Shown: one piece after another, positions 1 through 12,150 of the stretch
How positions within the stretch are numbered: position 1 is the stretch's first letter
Layout: the number at the start of each line of letters is the position of its first letter
NCBI RefSeq assembly: GCF_001194135.2
Contig: NC_068990.1
Coordinates: 2,463,460 to 2,523,305, forward strand
Origin: Octopus bimaculoides
Lineage: Eukaryota
Length of the DNA stretch: 59,846 nucleotides
Direction of reading: 5' to 3'
The notes under the pieces: generated by a model
Told to the model about the DNA's origin: nothing
Databases searched by the model: none
Seen by the model: the letters and a program-made list of their open reading frames with translations, nothing else
Position numbers and translations under genes: made by a program

Positions 1-21
1 AACAACAACAACAACAACAAC

Positions 22-170
22 ATCGAAAAATACCTTAGGAATGAGAACCCTGGTTCTAAATTTGCTCAAGACACCTGATGAAGCCTGGAGGGTATATCAG
101 CCCAAAAGTTGTGTTAACAACAAAGACGATGAGGCCAAATAACCGTCAAACATAAATAATGCAAATAATG
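22..170 (+). mobile_element. Hammerhead-bearing short repeat, family A, copy 1 (probable PLE terminal repeat), directly after (AAC)n
   Basis: Collinear with 48275-48455 (CATCGAAAAAT.CC.TAGGAATGAGAACCC...AAGACACCTGATGAAG.CTGGAGGG.ATATCAGC...); contains a CTGATGA core. Confidence 0.7.
71..114 (+). ncRNA. Degenerate minimal type-I hammerhead ribozyme (family A)
   Basis: ACAC-CTGATGA-A-GCCTG-loop-CAGCC-CAAAA-GTT-GTGT; stem I ACAC/GTGT intact; GAAAC mutated to CAAAA and stem II mismatched, so probably inactive. Confidence 0.5.
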
Positions 171-1499
171 TATTGTAAATTATATAAAATCTTGGACGCA
201 GAATAATCCTGAGCGTGTCCAGGATATGAAGGGTAACGGTTTAATGCTAAACTCGATATATTAAATTGCCCATAAACTCAGCAGAACCAGAAGATAACCA
301 AGAATAACTTAGGAAAAGAATTATCAAGAAATATTGTTTTACTTCCACAGCAGCTACAACTAGAAATACACGTCATCGCCCGAACGTTCTAAAAACAGAG
401 ATCAAATCTCCCCCAGATCTTACACTGCGTTTTGAACGAAGGAGCACATTGTTAAATGCCTTCGTAGATAAATAAATAGCAAGTATGATCAAAGCTGGAA
501 CACTTTTAATCATAAGTCAATATGTCAGGCTCAATCAGAACGGACAACAGAGCTAAAGAAGAATAACAAACATTGGCATTGCTTACTATAAAGTGATTGG
601 CATTAAATATAATTGAACTAGTGCAATTGAAAGACTATTTGCAATGATATTAAATCTTTGACGAATTACACTGAGATTATTATGTACAAAGTGTTATAGT
701 ATACGTTATTAATAACTAAATGAAACATATCTATTATATATAATTCGAGTCTTAAGCAATAATTGTTTTGGTTTGGCAGATGTTTGCTAAGTTTTGACTA
801 CATATAATTTAATCTGTAACTTCGGATAGCTGTACATATTGCCAGAAACTGAATTTTCAAAGATTTTAAATTATCTGTGTTCAGCTTGAAAGGTCATTAT
901 TTTCTTTCAAAACATTATCGAATGAATTCTTTTTAAGCCATGATAATATATTTCTTTCTTGTTTTGATCTGAATTAGAGAAAAGTTACACGATCTTTAAT
1001 AGAGCAATTTTATGTCTATTAGTCGTATTAAATGCGCTTCGTTCAATGCGATCACAACTGCTCCCTACAATCAATTGCGCTGTGAATCTTATGAATTATA
1101 TGCTGCAGGATAGATGAAATAAAAACAAAAGAGAACAGATCCTGATCCTACGAATGTTGTATGTCAACTAAACAATCACACCAATTATAGAATATCTGAG
1201 TATTTGTGATCTCGGGGCGATTATTTACACTTAAGCAATTGATAATCAACTTTTACGTATGAAGAATGCTTCTTTTGATGATTCCAAACAGATGAGAAAT
1301 TGGAAGCATCTTTCATTTATTGGATTTTGTATCAATTATGCTGAGGTAACATCGGTGCAATACATTGTTATTTTATATAGACGAAATACAGGACATAATC
1401 ACAAAAGCAGTAATTGCTGTCAACTTACATTTGTATACAATAAAGATTTCATACAAACACGCAGTGAGATGATTTCCAATATCATTTGGAAATATCCTA

Positions 1500-2480
1500 C
1501 CTTTTGGATAGTTATCGGTCTAAGAGAAACAATACTGAGACTTTCAAGCGTAGGATGCAAAGCTTTAGAAGAGAAAGCAAAGGAAGTAAAGGAATGGTAT
1601 GTAGGGGTCGAGGAGATAAGTCAAAGAAAAAGTGTGAATGGGTAGATGGATAAGTAGAGTGCAAGTTATACCTTGGGGATCGGAGTAATCTGTGGTCAAC
1701 TTTTACAGCATGATCAAAGTCAGTGGGTGGGCGGCGTTACGGGTCAGATGGGGGAACGTGGAGGAAGAGTCGGAATGCAGGGTACATGAGGCTCTTGGGA
1801 ACATTTTGATGAAAATCAAACAACGCATACACAAACATGGAAATAGGAATAAACTATAGTGAGGAAAATGCCAAGAAAAGGTAAGTTTACAAGTTCAAGG
1901 TTGAAAGGAATTATTACGAAAAGAGAAATGAGAAACTTTAAGGACTGGCCAATTATAGAGACAGTGTGCAGAGAAGAATTGTACAGTGGAATATAGAGAG
2001 ACGTAAGAGCGGAGTGCTGGTTGGTTGAAATAACAAAAATGGAAGAGTAAACTTGTACGCTACCTATAACACAATACACATCCTGTGATTCGACTTGTGA
2101 CATAAGTTTTATTGTAAGGGAAATACAGCGACAAATTAGACATAGAGAGGGGGAATATGTGGCACTGTGGCCCAATAAAAGAAAATGCAATGAAAGTTAT
2201 GCTGAAGTTCTCGAGTTGCAGTGTTGGAAGGTAGGAGGAGAGAAATCTAGTAAGGCGGATGTTTATGCGACAGGCAAGGTGATTGATGTATTGTGCTATA
2301 TAAGGTGCGGCGCTTTAATTGTAAGAAAAACATGTCTTATTCTTCAACTTGGAAACAAAGTCAGTGTCGTTGCAGCAGTGGTGGCGTCTCTGACGGAATT
2401 TTTCTTCTATAGGATAGCAGTGATAGAGGTAAAAAGATTTTTAGGATGTTTAACATGGAAAAGATAACAGTTTATTTTTT
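1500..2480 (-). mobile_element. Degenerate Penelope-like element, RT thumb to GIY-YIG region
   Basis: Minus-strand peptides FRQRRHHCCNDTDFVSKL (cf. PLE QFLRLRRLCSxDxDF) and SLYIPLYNSSLHTVSIIGQS (GIY-YIG-like), followed by a C/T-rich 3' region; many stops. Confidence 0.5.
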
Positions 2481-3227
2481 CAATCTTATAGTTGAACGAA
2501 ATAAATCTCATCTTATATGAAATTTTAATGTAGGCTCATAGTGTCTTTGTAATTCTCTCAGCTAACCTATGAAGAAATTCTCTCTTTGGCAATTATCAAA
2601 TAAAACCAAAACGTAAAAAGATGCCATTATAAATATTTTAAAACATTTCTTTGTTTTAAAATGTGACAGAATATTTAATTCCAATCGAATGAAGATCCTT
2701 ACAAAACTATTTCCTATTATTTTGGTCAACACTAAAAATAGAGAGAGCTGTCAATTATTATCTTTATTTTGTAAAGCATTTTGATCCTTGTTTTTATAAA
2801 TTATATTCGATTTTTGCACAAGGTTCTTATGAGTTGCTTAACTGTGAAGAAAAAAAATTCATTGGTCGATGGTTGTGCTTTAAAACAATGAGCCAAATTT
2901 ACATTTATAGTATAGCAGCTATTTCTGAGTGAGAGACAAACGATATTAAACTAATCTAATTTGAATGAATGATAAACGAATGCTTTTTTAAATGCCTTTG
3001 TTATGCTGACATAGTCATTTGCATTTAGGTTCTTCCTGATTAGATTCACATGCGACCATATAATACTTTAGGCATTGCATATGCCAGAAAAGAAGTACAT
3101 AGCATTATCCGGTATTTTATACATCTATTATAGAAGACAAACCACTACAAATTATATAGTCAGTAGATGTACCAAATATACAAGTATACATCTATACACA
3201 CGCACACACATACACAAATACACAACT

Positions 3228-3234
<7 letters not shown>

Positions 3235-3281
<47 letters not shown>

Positions 3282-3282
3282 T

Positions 3283-3368
<86 letters not shown>
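3235..3368. repeat. Compound microsatellite (TA)n(GA)n(GACA)n(GATA)n
   Basis: Read directly. Confidence 0.97.
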
Positions 3369-3378
3369 TTTATAGGTA

Positions 3379-4253
3379 CGAAGCGGTATGAAAACGTTCC
3401 CGAACTTGTTCAGTGCAAGTGAGAGCTTGCACTAACTTTTATGAATTACTGCGCCAAGTGACATTGCTGCGTTTACTTCGTAAGTTGAAAATTTATGTTT
3501 TTGTGATAACGTGTAAGCTGTGTAGTGCATGATTTTGTCATGGCCATGGCCAAAGAGCCAACGTGAAATTTTGCATTAAAATTGGGAAGTCTGCTACATT
3601 GAGCATGCTTTGGCAACTTTACGGCGACAAGGCAATGGTTCATACGCAATGTTTCGACTGGTACGAGCACTTAATATGCGGAAGAACGTCTCTGGAAGAT
3701 GATTGGTGATTTTGAAAATCTTCGACAAGTGTCAACCTTGGAATAGTGGTTCTATGTATAGAAAATTCTCTCCTCAGCGCCACAATGTCAATTCCCTCCT
3801 CATGGCTACACTGCCAATCGAGAGTTCTACTGCAATGTTTTGAAGCGTTTGTAGGAGGATGTTTAGCGAAAGTGACTGGATCTGTGGTAGGTGATGAATT
3901 GAATTCTTTATGATGACAATACACTATGTTAGAGAACTCACCTCACTTGTAGGTTTCCTGCCAAAAACAACATGTTGTCGCTTCCGGACACGTCCCTACT
4001 CGCGAGATTTAGCACCTGCAGTCTTTCAGCTCTTCTACAAGATGAAAATGCAGTTGAGTGGTAGCCGTTTTATCACCGCTGTCGAGATCCAGAGTGAATC
4101 GTTGAAGATCCTCGACTCGCTTACAGAAAACTTCTACCAGGCCGGATTCCAAAAGTGGCAGGAACGTTGGGACCGATATTTTGGTGCGGTACGTGACTAT
4201 GTTGAAGGAACGGATGTTAAAACTTTGGTAAATAAGCATTTTTTTTATTAAGC
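3379..4253 (+). mobile_element. Tc1/mariner transposon relic, internally deleted, right end in N gap
   Basis: TA followed by TIR-like CGAAGCGGTATGAAAACGTTCCCGAAC; C-terminal PYSRDLAPAVFQLFYKMKMQLSGSRF...FQKWQERWDRYFGAVRDYVEG; same family as 5650-6871. Confidence 0.85.
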
Positions 4254-5039
4254 NNNNNNNNNNNNNNNNNNNNNNNNNNNNNNNNNNNNNNNNNNNNNNN
4301 NNNNNNNNNNNNNNNNNNNNNNNNNNNNNNNNNNNNNNNNNNNNNNNNNNNNNNNNNNNNNNNNNNNNNNNNNNNNNNNNNNNNNNNNNNNNNNNNNNNN
4401 NNNNNNNNNNNNNNNNNNNNNNNNNNNNNNNNNNNNNNNNNNNNNNNNNNNNNNNNNNNNNNNNNNNNNNNNNNNNNNNNNNNNNNNNNNNNNNNNNNNN
4501 NNNNNNNNNNNNNNNNNCCAATCAATGCTATAATCCACAACGAGCCCCTTTTAGGTCACTTGGCCATTTAAAATCCCACTAATATCATACCACCCGCATT
4601 CCATTATTATTCTCTCTTGTTGTTGTTGTTCTTCTTCTTCTTCTTCTTCTCCTCCTCCTCCTCCCCCTCCTTCTTCTTCTCTACCAAGAATTCACAACGA
4701 CCTCCAACCCACAACAGTAAACAAGAGAGACAGAGACAGGCAGAAACAAGGAAAATACTCCTTGTATTTGAATACTATGCAAATATTCTTTTAAAAATTT
4801 TTTTCTATTAGAAATCAAATTCTATATTGTAAGAAAGAGAGAGAGACAGACAGACAGACAGAAAGCGGCAGAGAGACAGAGAGGAAGAGAAAGTGTGAGG
4901 GAGAGAGGGAGAGAAAGTTGGAGACAAAGAGAGGGAGGGAGCAATTCAAACTTACTAATATCTAGCAATGCTAAATGTATTATGTCCTTGGTATTCAAAA
5001 TGTCCCAGTTCTAAGACGATGGGGTTGATATTTGGGGTT

Positions 5040-5298
5040 AAAGTAAAGGTAAAGTTAACTTCTCTAGTCATGCCGACACATAAAGGCCAGTTTCCGGGTT
5101 TAATGGCGTAAATATTGCCTGCATGGACGAGACACAGATCTGTCGCAGGACTACTCGCTTTTGCCAGCTGAGTGGAGTAGGGAAACGTGAAATGAAGTGT
5201 TTTGCCCAAGAACATAACACGTCACCTGGTCTAGGAATCGTAACTACAATCTTACGATCGTGGGTCCACCTCCCAAACCACAAAGCCACGTATCTTCA
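5040..5298 (-). mobile_element. tRNA-headed SINE (family 3)
   Basis: Minus strand: tRNA-like head (GTGGCTTTGTGGTT...GTTACGATTCC), central TGTTCTTGGGCAAAACACTTCATTTCAC block, (TTTACC)-like tail. Confidence 0.7.
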
Positions 5299-5649
5299 CA
5301 TAATTGAGCTAACTTTTTAGATGAGTTTCATTATGTTATTGATAATACTATAACCCTTTGTACATTCGTTTGGCAACAGATTACCGTTATACAACAAAGT
5401 ATTTTTTCCACCTTGTTTCACATCTATGTGCTTATTCCGGTATATATATATATATATATATNNNNNNNNNNNNNNNNNNNNNNNNNNNNNNNNNNNNNNN
5501 NNNNNNNNNNNNNNNNNNNNNNNNNNNNNNNGTGTATCTGTGCATAGCTATATTTGTACATATATACGTATACATACATACGTTATAGTAAGGCAAGTTC
5601 TGTAATCATGCATTCCGTTCAAAATAGTTCGGTGTTTTCGCAACAAATA

Positions 5650-6871
5650 CGAGGTGGTATCAAAAAGTTCATGGACTAGTTCTGTAGAGAGCCAACAGAT
5701 GGCTGCACACGGTTGCATGCAAGTAACAGCTAGCAGTGGCATTCATGAGGCAGTGTGCCGAATGACATACCTGTGTTTACTTCGCAAGTTCTAAAATTTG
5801 TGTTTTCGTGATCATGCGTATGCTGTAGTCTGCAATTTTGTAATAGATAGGAAGTTGGAACAACGTCAATGTGAAATTTTGCGCTAAACTTCGGACGTCT
5901 GCTACAAAAACATTGAACATGATTCAGCTAGATTATGGCGATGAGGTAATGGGTTACCTGCAATCTTTCGAGTGGTACATGAGCGTCAAAAGCGGAAGAA
6001 TTTCACTGAAAGACGATGAGCTACCTAAAAGGCTTCTCCAGAGCTCCAATTCAGGAAATTTGGACAAAATTTATCAGCTTGCGCATGTGGATCGTCGGAG
6101 GACAATCAACGATATTACTGATGATGTTGATATATCATATGCGTCATTGTAGGCAAGCCTAACGTCTGAATTGAGCACGCGGCGTGTCTCTGCCACGTTT
6201 GAACCCTACCTGCTGATCACTAAGCAGAAAGAACAGCACGTTCAAGTCTGTCAAAATCCCCGTCAGCGTGCCACTGATGACCCATCCTTTATGCTGAGGA
6301 CCATCGGTGATGAGAATTGGGTCTATAGGTACGAACCTGAGACGAAACATCAGTCATCACAATGCAAAAGGCCTTCAGTTCTACGACTGTGCATCGAGAA
6401 TTCGTCCCTCAGGGCCACGCCGTCAATCGAGAGTTTTACTGTGACTTTTTGAAGCGTTTGAGGGAGGACATTCAGTGAACGCGACCGGATCTGTGGAAGG
6501 CAATGTATCGGAATCTTCACGATGGCAATACATGCTGTGATTGAGCTCTCCTGACTCGTGAAATGACATGGTATCGCTTTCGCACCCCCACCTATTTGCT
6601 AGACATAGCACCTGCAGGCTTACACCGCTTTCCCAAGAGGAAAATGCAGATCAAAAGTCGCCGTTTTAACACCGTTGTTGAGATCCAAAGTAAATCTCCG
6701 AAAGCCTTCGACTCGCTTAAGGAAAACGACTTCCAGGTCGGATTCCAAAAACGAGACCAGTGTATTGCTGCGCGAGGTGACTATATTATGAAGGAGATGA
6801 TGTTAAAACTTAGGTAAATATGTTTTTGCTATTAAACATAACTAATCCGGGAAGGTTTTGATACCACCCCG
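5650..6871 (+). mobile_element. Near full-length mariner transposon with pseudogenised DD34D transposase
   Basis: TIRs CGAGGTGGTATCAAAAAGTTCATGGACTAGT / ACTAATCCGGGAAGGTTTTGATACCACCCCG, each flanked by TA; peptides KFCAKLRTSATKTL, TIGDENWVYRYEPETKHQS, TPTYLLDIAPA; frameshifts and stops. Confidence 0.92.
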
Positions 6872-7039
6872 TAGGCGATCGACACCCCTTTCATTAATGG
6901 AACCAAACTGGAGCCTGTTTACGTTCAATTAATTGATTTCCCGATCGACAATTAATTCAACTACTCTGTGAAGTAGCTATTTACATAATTATTTAAGCTA
7001 GCATAATGCTTATCACTTCCTTATAGTTTCTCTTTTCAG

Positions 7040-7068
7040 GTAGTTCATTGCAGTTTCATTGCAGTGAA
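7040..7068 (+). other. Candidate 29-nt exon
   Basis: TTTCTCTTTTCAG acceptor and GAA|GTAAGT donor; splice signals only. Confidence 0.25.
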
Positions 7069-7137
7069 GTAAGTTTCTGTAGCTGTTGCGCTCATCGATG
7101 TGATTTTCATCACGTTTTCTGCTGTTTATCTTTTCAG

Positions 7138-7186
7138 CCGGTCGAGTTACATCAGAGTATGTCATCAACATCCTACGCTGTTTTTG
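7138..7186 (+). other. Candidate 49-nt exon following a 69-nt intron
   Basis: TTTATCTTTTCAG acceptor and TTG|GTAATG donor; splice signals only. Confidence 0.25.
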
Positions 7187-7995
7187 GTAATGAAGCTGAT
7201 ATCTTACACCGATAATAACTACATCTAATGCTATAAACCTTTATTGCAAAATAAGCTTGATGAGCAGAGCAGCCGCACGTTATTATGAGAACTTGAGACA
7301 CAATATTTCCTGTTTTACAACGTTTATTCTTAGACGATAGTAAAATTTTACTGTCTGCCAAACATTATAGTAAACTATGTTTTATCAATTTCCTTCAGCT
7401 AATTAATAAAATGGTATTAAGTGCAACAACGGTTTTAGTAATTACAAAAATATATTTGTCCACGCATTATTTACGGAACGTTATTTTAAAATCATGAATG
7501 GTACAGCTTATGACTAATATATAAGTGTACATAAGCGTGGGGCAATACAACTAAATAATATAATTACTGTGAACCATTAGCTGTCTTCTTCAGCAGTTAT
7601 TACGCTTCAACATCTATTGAGTCACTTAATTGCTTCCGCTGTTCGTATAAGCCGGCAAAAGTTAACGCTACGTAGCTCACAATGTTTTGTATAAAAAATA
7701 TTTTCTAAGTAAAATTTGCAGCATAAATTTTCAAACATTAAGAATCATTTTACTATGAATATATCCTGAATTGAGACAGTATATTCGATAATTAAGTAAA
7801 CGCTGATGGAGTCACACAAATGCCATAAAATGAATAAATGTTTCACCACTTTAGATACAATGCTTAAAACCGCATCAAAGAAGAACAAATTTCAAGTATT
7901 GATATGCATGTGTAAATATATTTATGTAGGCAACTTTTTAAATTCACACTAGTGAATTCAAGCTGCCAAGAAATGAACGTTCGCGTCACCGTAAC

Positions 7996-8144
7996 ACGAC
8001 GGTCTCCATTCCGTTTCCATTTACCAAACCCACTCACAAGTCTTTGGTCGGCCCAAGGCTATAGTAGAAGACACTTGTCCAAGGTGCCACCGATCCCGGT
8101 ACAATGTAGCTGAGAAGCAAACTTCTCACTACACAGCCACGCCT
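7996..8144 (-). mobile_element. tRNA-headed SINE (family 1), 5' half
   Basis: Minus: AGGCGTGGCTGTGTAGTGAGAAGTTTG...GGCACCTTGGACAAGTGTCTTCTACTATAGCCTTGGGCCGACCAAAG; same block at 53667-53706. Confidence 0.8.
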
Positions 8145-9887
8145 TTCGTGTTAGTTTTGTACTAGGAAGCGTCATTCCCAGATCAGAGGTATCATGCATG
8201 AAACATTTCCGATATTATGTCTTTATAAGTTTTTACTTGGAACAATCATATATTTATTTTGAGGTTCAGTATTTGTAAGTTGATGTTTTAGTTGTGCCAT
8301 CGTTGATTAACAGAGAACGAAAACGCATTATGAGGCTGATTCTCTCATGCCTATTTTAGTTGTATGGCATTCCTCATGTATCGAAGGTGAGGTTGAATAG
8401 TAGATGTAGAAGCAAGGATGCATCTAATTTAGTAAATGAAGAACGCATGAGACAAATATTGGCACAGAGTAATACAAAATGCGACAGAATGGGAATGAGA
8501 GAGCATCCTATTGAAACTTTATGAGAATGGTGTGGCTACCAATTTGTATACAAAGAAGAGTAACATATGAATCTCATACATGAATATCTTATCTAAATTC
8601 GTGTCAAACACAAACGAAGTTCCATTCTAATTGTACTGATATGAGTGCTGAGTGACATGGAAAAAATAGCGACTAGTTTAATATTAGAGAAGTAATTTTC
8701 TAGTAGTAGTAGTAGATTTTGTAGTTCAAAAATATTGAACGATAAAATCTACCGTTCAATATTTATGGCGAAGACGGTCGAAATATACATTTGACTTGAT
8801 GAGGTAGATTTAAATAAGATGTTAAGACGTATGCACTAATGATGAGCTGGAATAAATTCATTATTCCTTTAGCATGTTAGATCCAAGATGTAAATTTATT
8901 GCTGAAGAGCATGGGCTGAAATACATAATCTGCATTCCTGATGTAGTTACCTACGGAATGTCATTACAACTTCCTTTCCCTATAACATGTGTGTCATCAA
9001 AATCAATTATTACTAGGAGATTATTTTGCTACATTTATATTTCAATATTTTTTTAAATAGAAAACTAAGGAAATATTTCTCGAAAGTAATTAAATTTCGA
9101 AACTACGAAATAGATTATTTGGAAATCTTTCGGTTTCTTGAAAGGCACTCTAAAATTGTATTTCGAGGGTTTTATTGGAGAAAAAAACCATAGAAAGTAT
9201 ATATGTACATGAAACGTTCTTATTTACAATTGGCCTAAGTGATGTTGTATACAGCGATTTACATTTATTGGTAATGCTCATAAAAATGTAAACGAAATTT
9301 ATAGGAAAGATAAGAAACATATGCCCAGAGATATAATAAATAATAATTAGTCCGAGTATATATATTTGTATAGTTTATGTTTATCTCGGATTATAACGTT
9401 GGAGCAATTTACAAATTCGATAACAGAACAATTATCCGGTATGACAATCCTATTTAGAACACCGTTGATAAACATAAACACTTCTAGTTGTCTCCAAACT
9501 ATTATTTTATTCGGAGAGTTGATAAAGTATTCCTAATTTCAAGACTGAATTTCATTTTATTTTCAAAATCTACATTTTTTTTCTTTTACATATCAAGTAT
9601 TGGTGGAAAACTTAATAAAAGAGATAAGAGAACAGTGCTCTGAAAACGTTACATCCAATTCTGTGAATACTAGATTGTAATATTTGAAGATTAGTAGATA
9701 TTGTGTAACTAGATATAAGAAACATTTTTGTTATCAAATGTTAAAATGATAGAATAGTGTTCTATATTAAATTTACTCCGTACCCAGGCACATTGCCTTA
9801 GTACAGACGTATTTAACGGTTCTAAAGGAGTGAACGCTAATATTCGGCTATTAGATTGTTTCAGAAGCAACTGCTTACAACACTTAC

Positions 9888-9945
9888 CGTCAATGGAAAT
9901 GTTAACGAAGCAGTCGAAGAAATCTGTACATGNNNNNNNNNNTAT
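9888..9945 (-). CDS. Candidate symmetric phase-1 coding exon spanning a 10-N gap (DTCTDFFDCFVNISIDG if the gap is zero length)
   Basis: CTGCTATTTCTAGCAG acceptor, ACG|GTAAGT donor; 48 nt without the Ns, open frame. Confidence 0.3.
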
Positions 9946-10024
9946 CTGCTAGAAATAGCAGAAGCATCGCTTTCGAATTAAAAATTCTGCGAGAAGCAAA
10001 AGAACGATACGTTCGAAAATGTAG

Positions 10025-10057
<33 letters not shown>

Positions 10058-10059
10058 AC

Positions 10060-10525
10060 GTGGATAAGACCATTATTTAATATAACGATCATATCAAGTG
10101 GCCAGCATGGAACAAACCGTATAGGTAATAATTATTATAGATCTATAATAATATAAATATAATTATATTTGAGGGTACCAAAGAGGCAACATCATACGAG
10201 AAATAGAAGTCAAACCTGACCTCAAAACCACATCATGTATTCATGTATCACAGGTGAAAAGATAAACGAACAAAGAAATTAGCTAAAAATTACTGATTAA
10301 CTCCAGATCGACGTTTTCTGGCTTAGTAATAAGATGCTTCGCCTTCACCTGTGGAAATATACCAAAATTAGTACATAATTACAAATACATATACATACAA
10401 CATGTGCTGTATGGTCAAAAATACCAACGTAGTGAATATGAGGACAAGGAGTGAATGTATATTTATGTATAAATTGGATAAGACCATTACCTACTATAAC
10501 GATCGTATAAAGTGACCAACATGGA
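10060..10525 (-). repeat. Hammerhead-bearing repeat family B, ~1.1 tandem units (period 414)
   Basis: TGGATAAGACCATTA at 10061 and 10475; reverse complement aligns with 10529-11087. Confidence 0.85.
10302..10355 (-). ncRNA. Degenerate hammerhead ribozyme (family B)
   Basis: TCCA-CAGGTGA-AGGC...GCCA-GAAA-ACGTCGA-TC-TGGA; stem I TCCA/TGGA intact, core CTGATGA changed to CAGGTGA. Confidence 0.55.
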
Positions 10526-10528
10526 TGT

Positions 10529-11087
10529 ATGAATACATGATGTGGTTTTAGAGTCAGTTTTGACTGTTGTTTCTTGTATGGTGGTGCCTCTTCGTTGCTC
10601 TCAATTATAATTATATATTTATATTATTATATATTTATAATAATTATTACCTATACGGTTGTTTCATGCTGGCAACTTGATATAGTCGTTATCTATATTC
10701 GCTCCCTGTTATCATATTCACTACGGTGATATTTGTGACCTTATAGCACATGGTGTCAGGCGGACAGATTAATTAGTCTGGTATATTAGTGCATCTACAT
10801 GTATGTATACGTGCATATATGTAAGTATTCGTATGTTGTATGTATATGTATTCGTAATTATCTACTAATCTTGGTATATTTCCACTGATGAAAGCGAAGT
10901 ATTTTATTACTTAGCAAGAAATCGTTGATCTGGAATTAATCATTAAGTTTTTCGCAAATTTCTTTGTTTGGTTGTCTTTTCACCTGTGCTACTTGAATAT
11001 ATGATGTGGTTTTAGAGTCGGCTTTGACTACTATTTCTGGCATGGTTTTGCCTCTTTGGTACCCTCAATTATAATTATAATTATATA
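10529..11087 (+). repeat. Hammerhead-bearing repeat family B, ~1.2 tandem units (period 464), inverted relative to 10060-10525
   Basis: ATGATGTGGTTTTAGAGTC at 10537 and 11001; carries an ~80-nt insertion relative to the inverted copy. Confidence 0.85.
10881..10934 (+). ncRNA. Type-I hammerhead ribozyme with intact core (family B)
   Basis: TCCA-CTGATGA-AA-GC-G-AAGTA-TTTTAT-TACTT-A-GC-AA-GAAA-TCGTTGA-TC-TGGA; predicted cleavage 3' of C10930 (AUC). Confidence 0.75.
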
Positions 11088-11094
11088 AGTTACT

Positions 11095-11445
11095 TAAAAA
11101 AACAAAACCTTGAGTCAATAGCATCATTTACAAACTCTATGCTTGGAATGACCAATTTTAAGTACTATTCGAACTTATTCACAAAATACTGGAATCTTAT
11201 ATGTATACCATTCTGCCTAGATAATGGAACTACAGATGCAATATCCCTGCATATCTCACGTCTGTTTTCATTCCTCCACTTCACTCTCTATTTCATATCT
11301 TATCTAGAATAACTATTGCTTAACCATATTCTCACACCGTCTCCGATGAAGGGTTATATAAAATATCCCGGAAACAGCTGTAAGACCTTCTCTTTATAAA
11401 TGTTCTGAAATCTTTCACAGCCTTCGATTCTTATCTCATTCTGTT
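11095..11445 (+). mobile_element. Probable PLE terminal-repeat fragment (family D) carrying a hammerhead
   Basis: Hammerhead at 11339-11386 in a C/T-rich context; the extent is inferred. Confidence 0.5.
11339..11386 (+). ncRNA. Minimal type-I hammerhead ribozyme, U4C variant (family D)
   Basis: GTCT-CCGATGA-A-GGGTTATATAAAATATCCC-G-GAAAC-AGCT-GTA-AGAC; stem I GTCT/AGAC, palindromic stem III ACAGCTGT, GUA site. Confidence 0.75.
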
Positions 11446-11538
11446 AATTTATATATATATATATATATATATAGATACACACATACATATATACACACAT
11501 TCGCGTGCGTGTGTGTGGTGTGTGCGTGCGTGTGTGAT

Positions 11539-11581
<43 letters not shown>

Positions 11582-12150
11582 CAGCAGCACATGATTTGTA
11601 TACACAGGGAAAGGATAGCTGGTCTCAGCATATATACTTTGTGACTCGTGTTGACCAACAGAGGCATAAACACATAGCATTTCTTTCGAATTCTCCATTC
11701 TTGCTCCAAATATCTGATAAGCTCAATGATGCTATAAGTATAACTTCTATCCTCCAAATGTGTTGACTGCTACATTCAGTCATTTGTTAACTCACTCACT
11801 TGTGTGCGTGTGTGTGTGTGTGCGTTTGTGTGTGTTTGTGTGCGTGCGTGCGTTTGCGTGCGTGCGCGCGTGTGCTCGTGTGTGTATGTATATTTTGTGT
11901 TTGTGTATGTGCCATTATGTAGTTCTGAATTGTGGCGCAGATAATTTTCAGAAAAAAAAAATGCAAAAATAGTAACAGAACTATGCGAATGGCCCCAGCC
12001 CTGTCGCTAACTAAAATGAAAACGACTCCATGTTAATGCAGTTCCACGTTTAGACACTATATGGTAAATGACGACATACTTTGGCATGCAGGAAGAACAT
12101 TAAAGCTTCCCTATTGAGAAGAATTTATGGGAAAGAAAACATGTAGCAGT

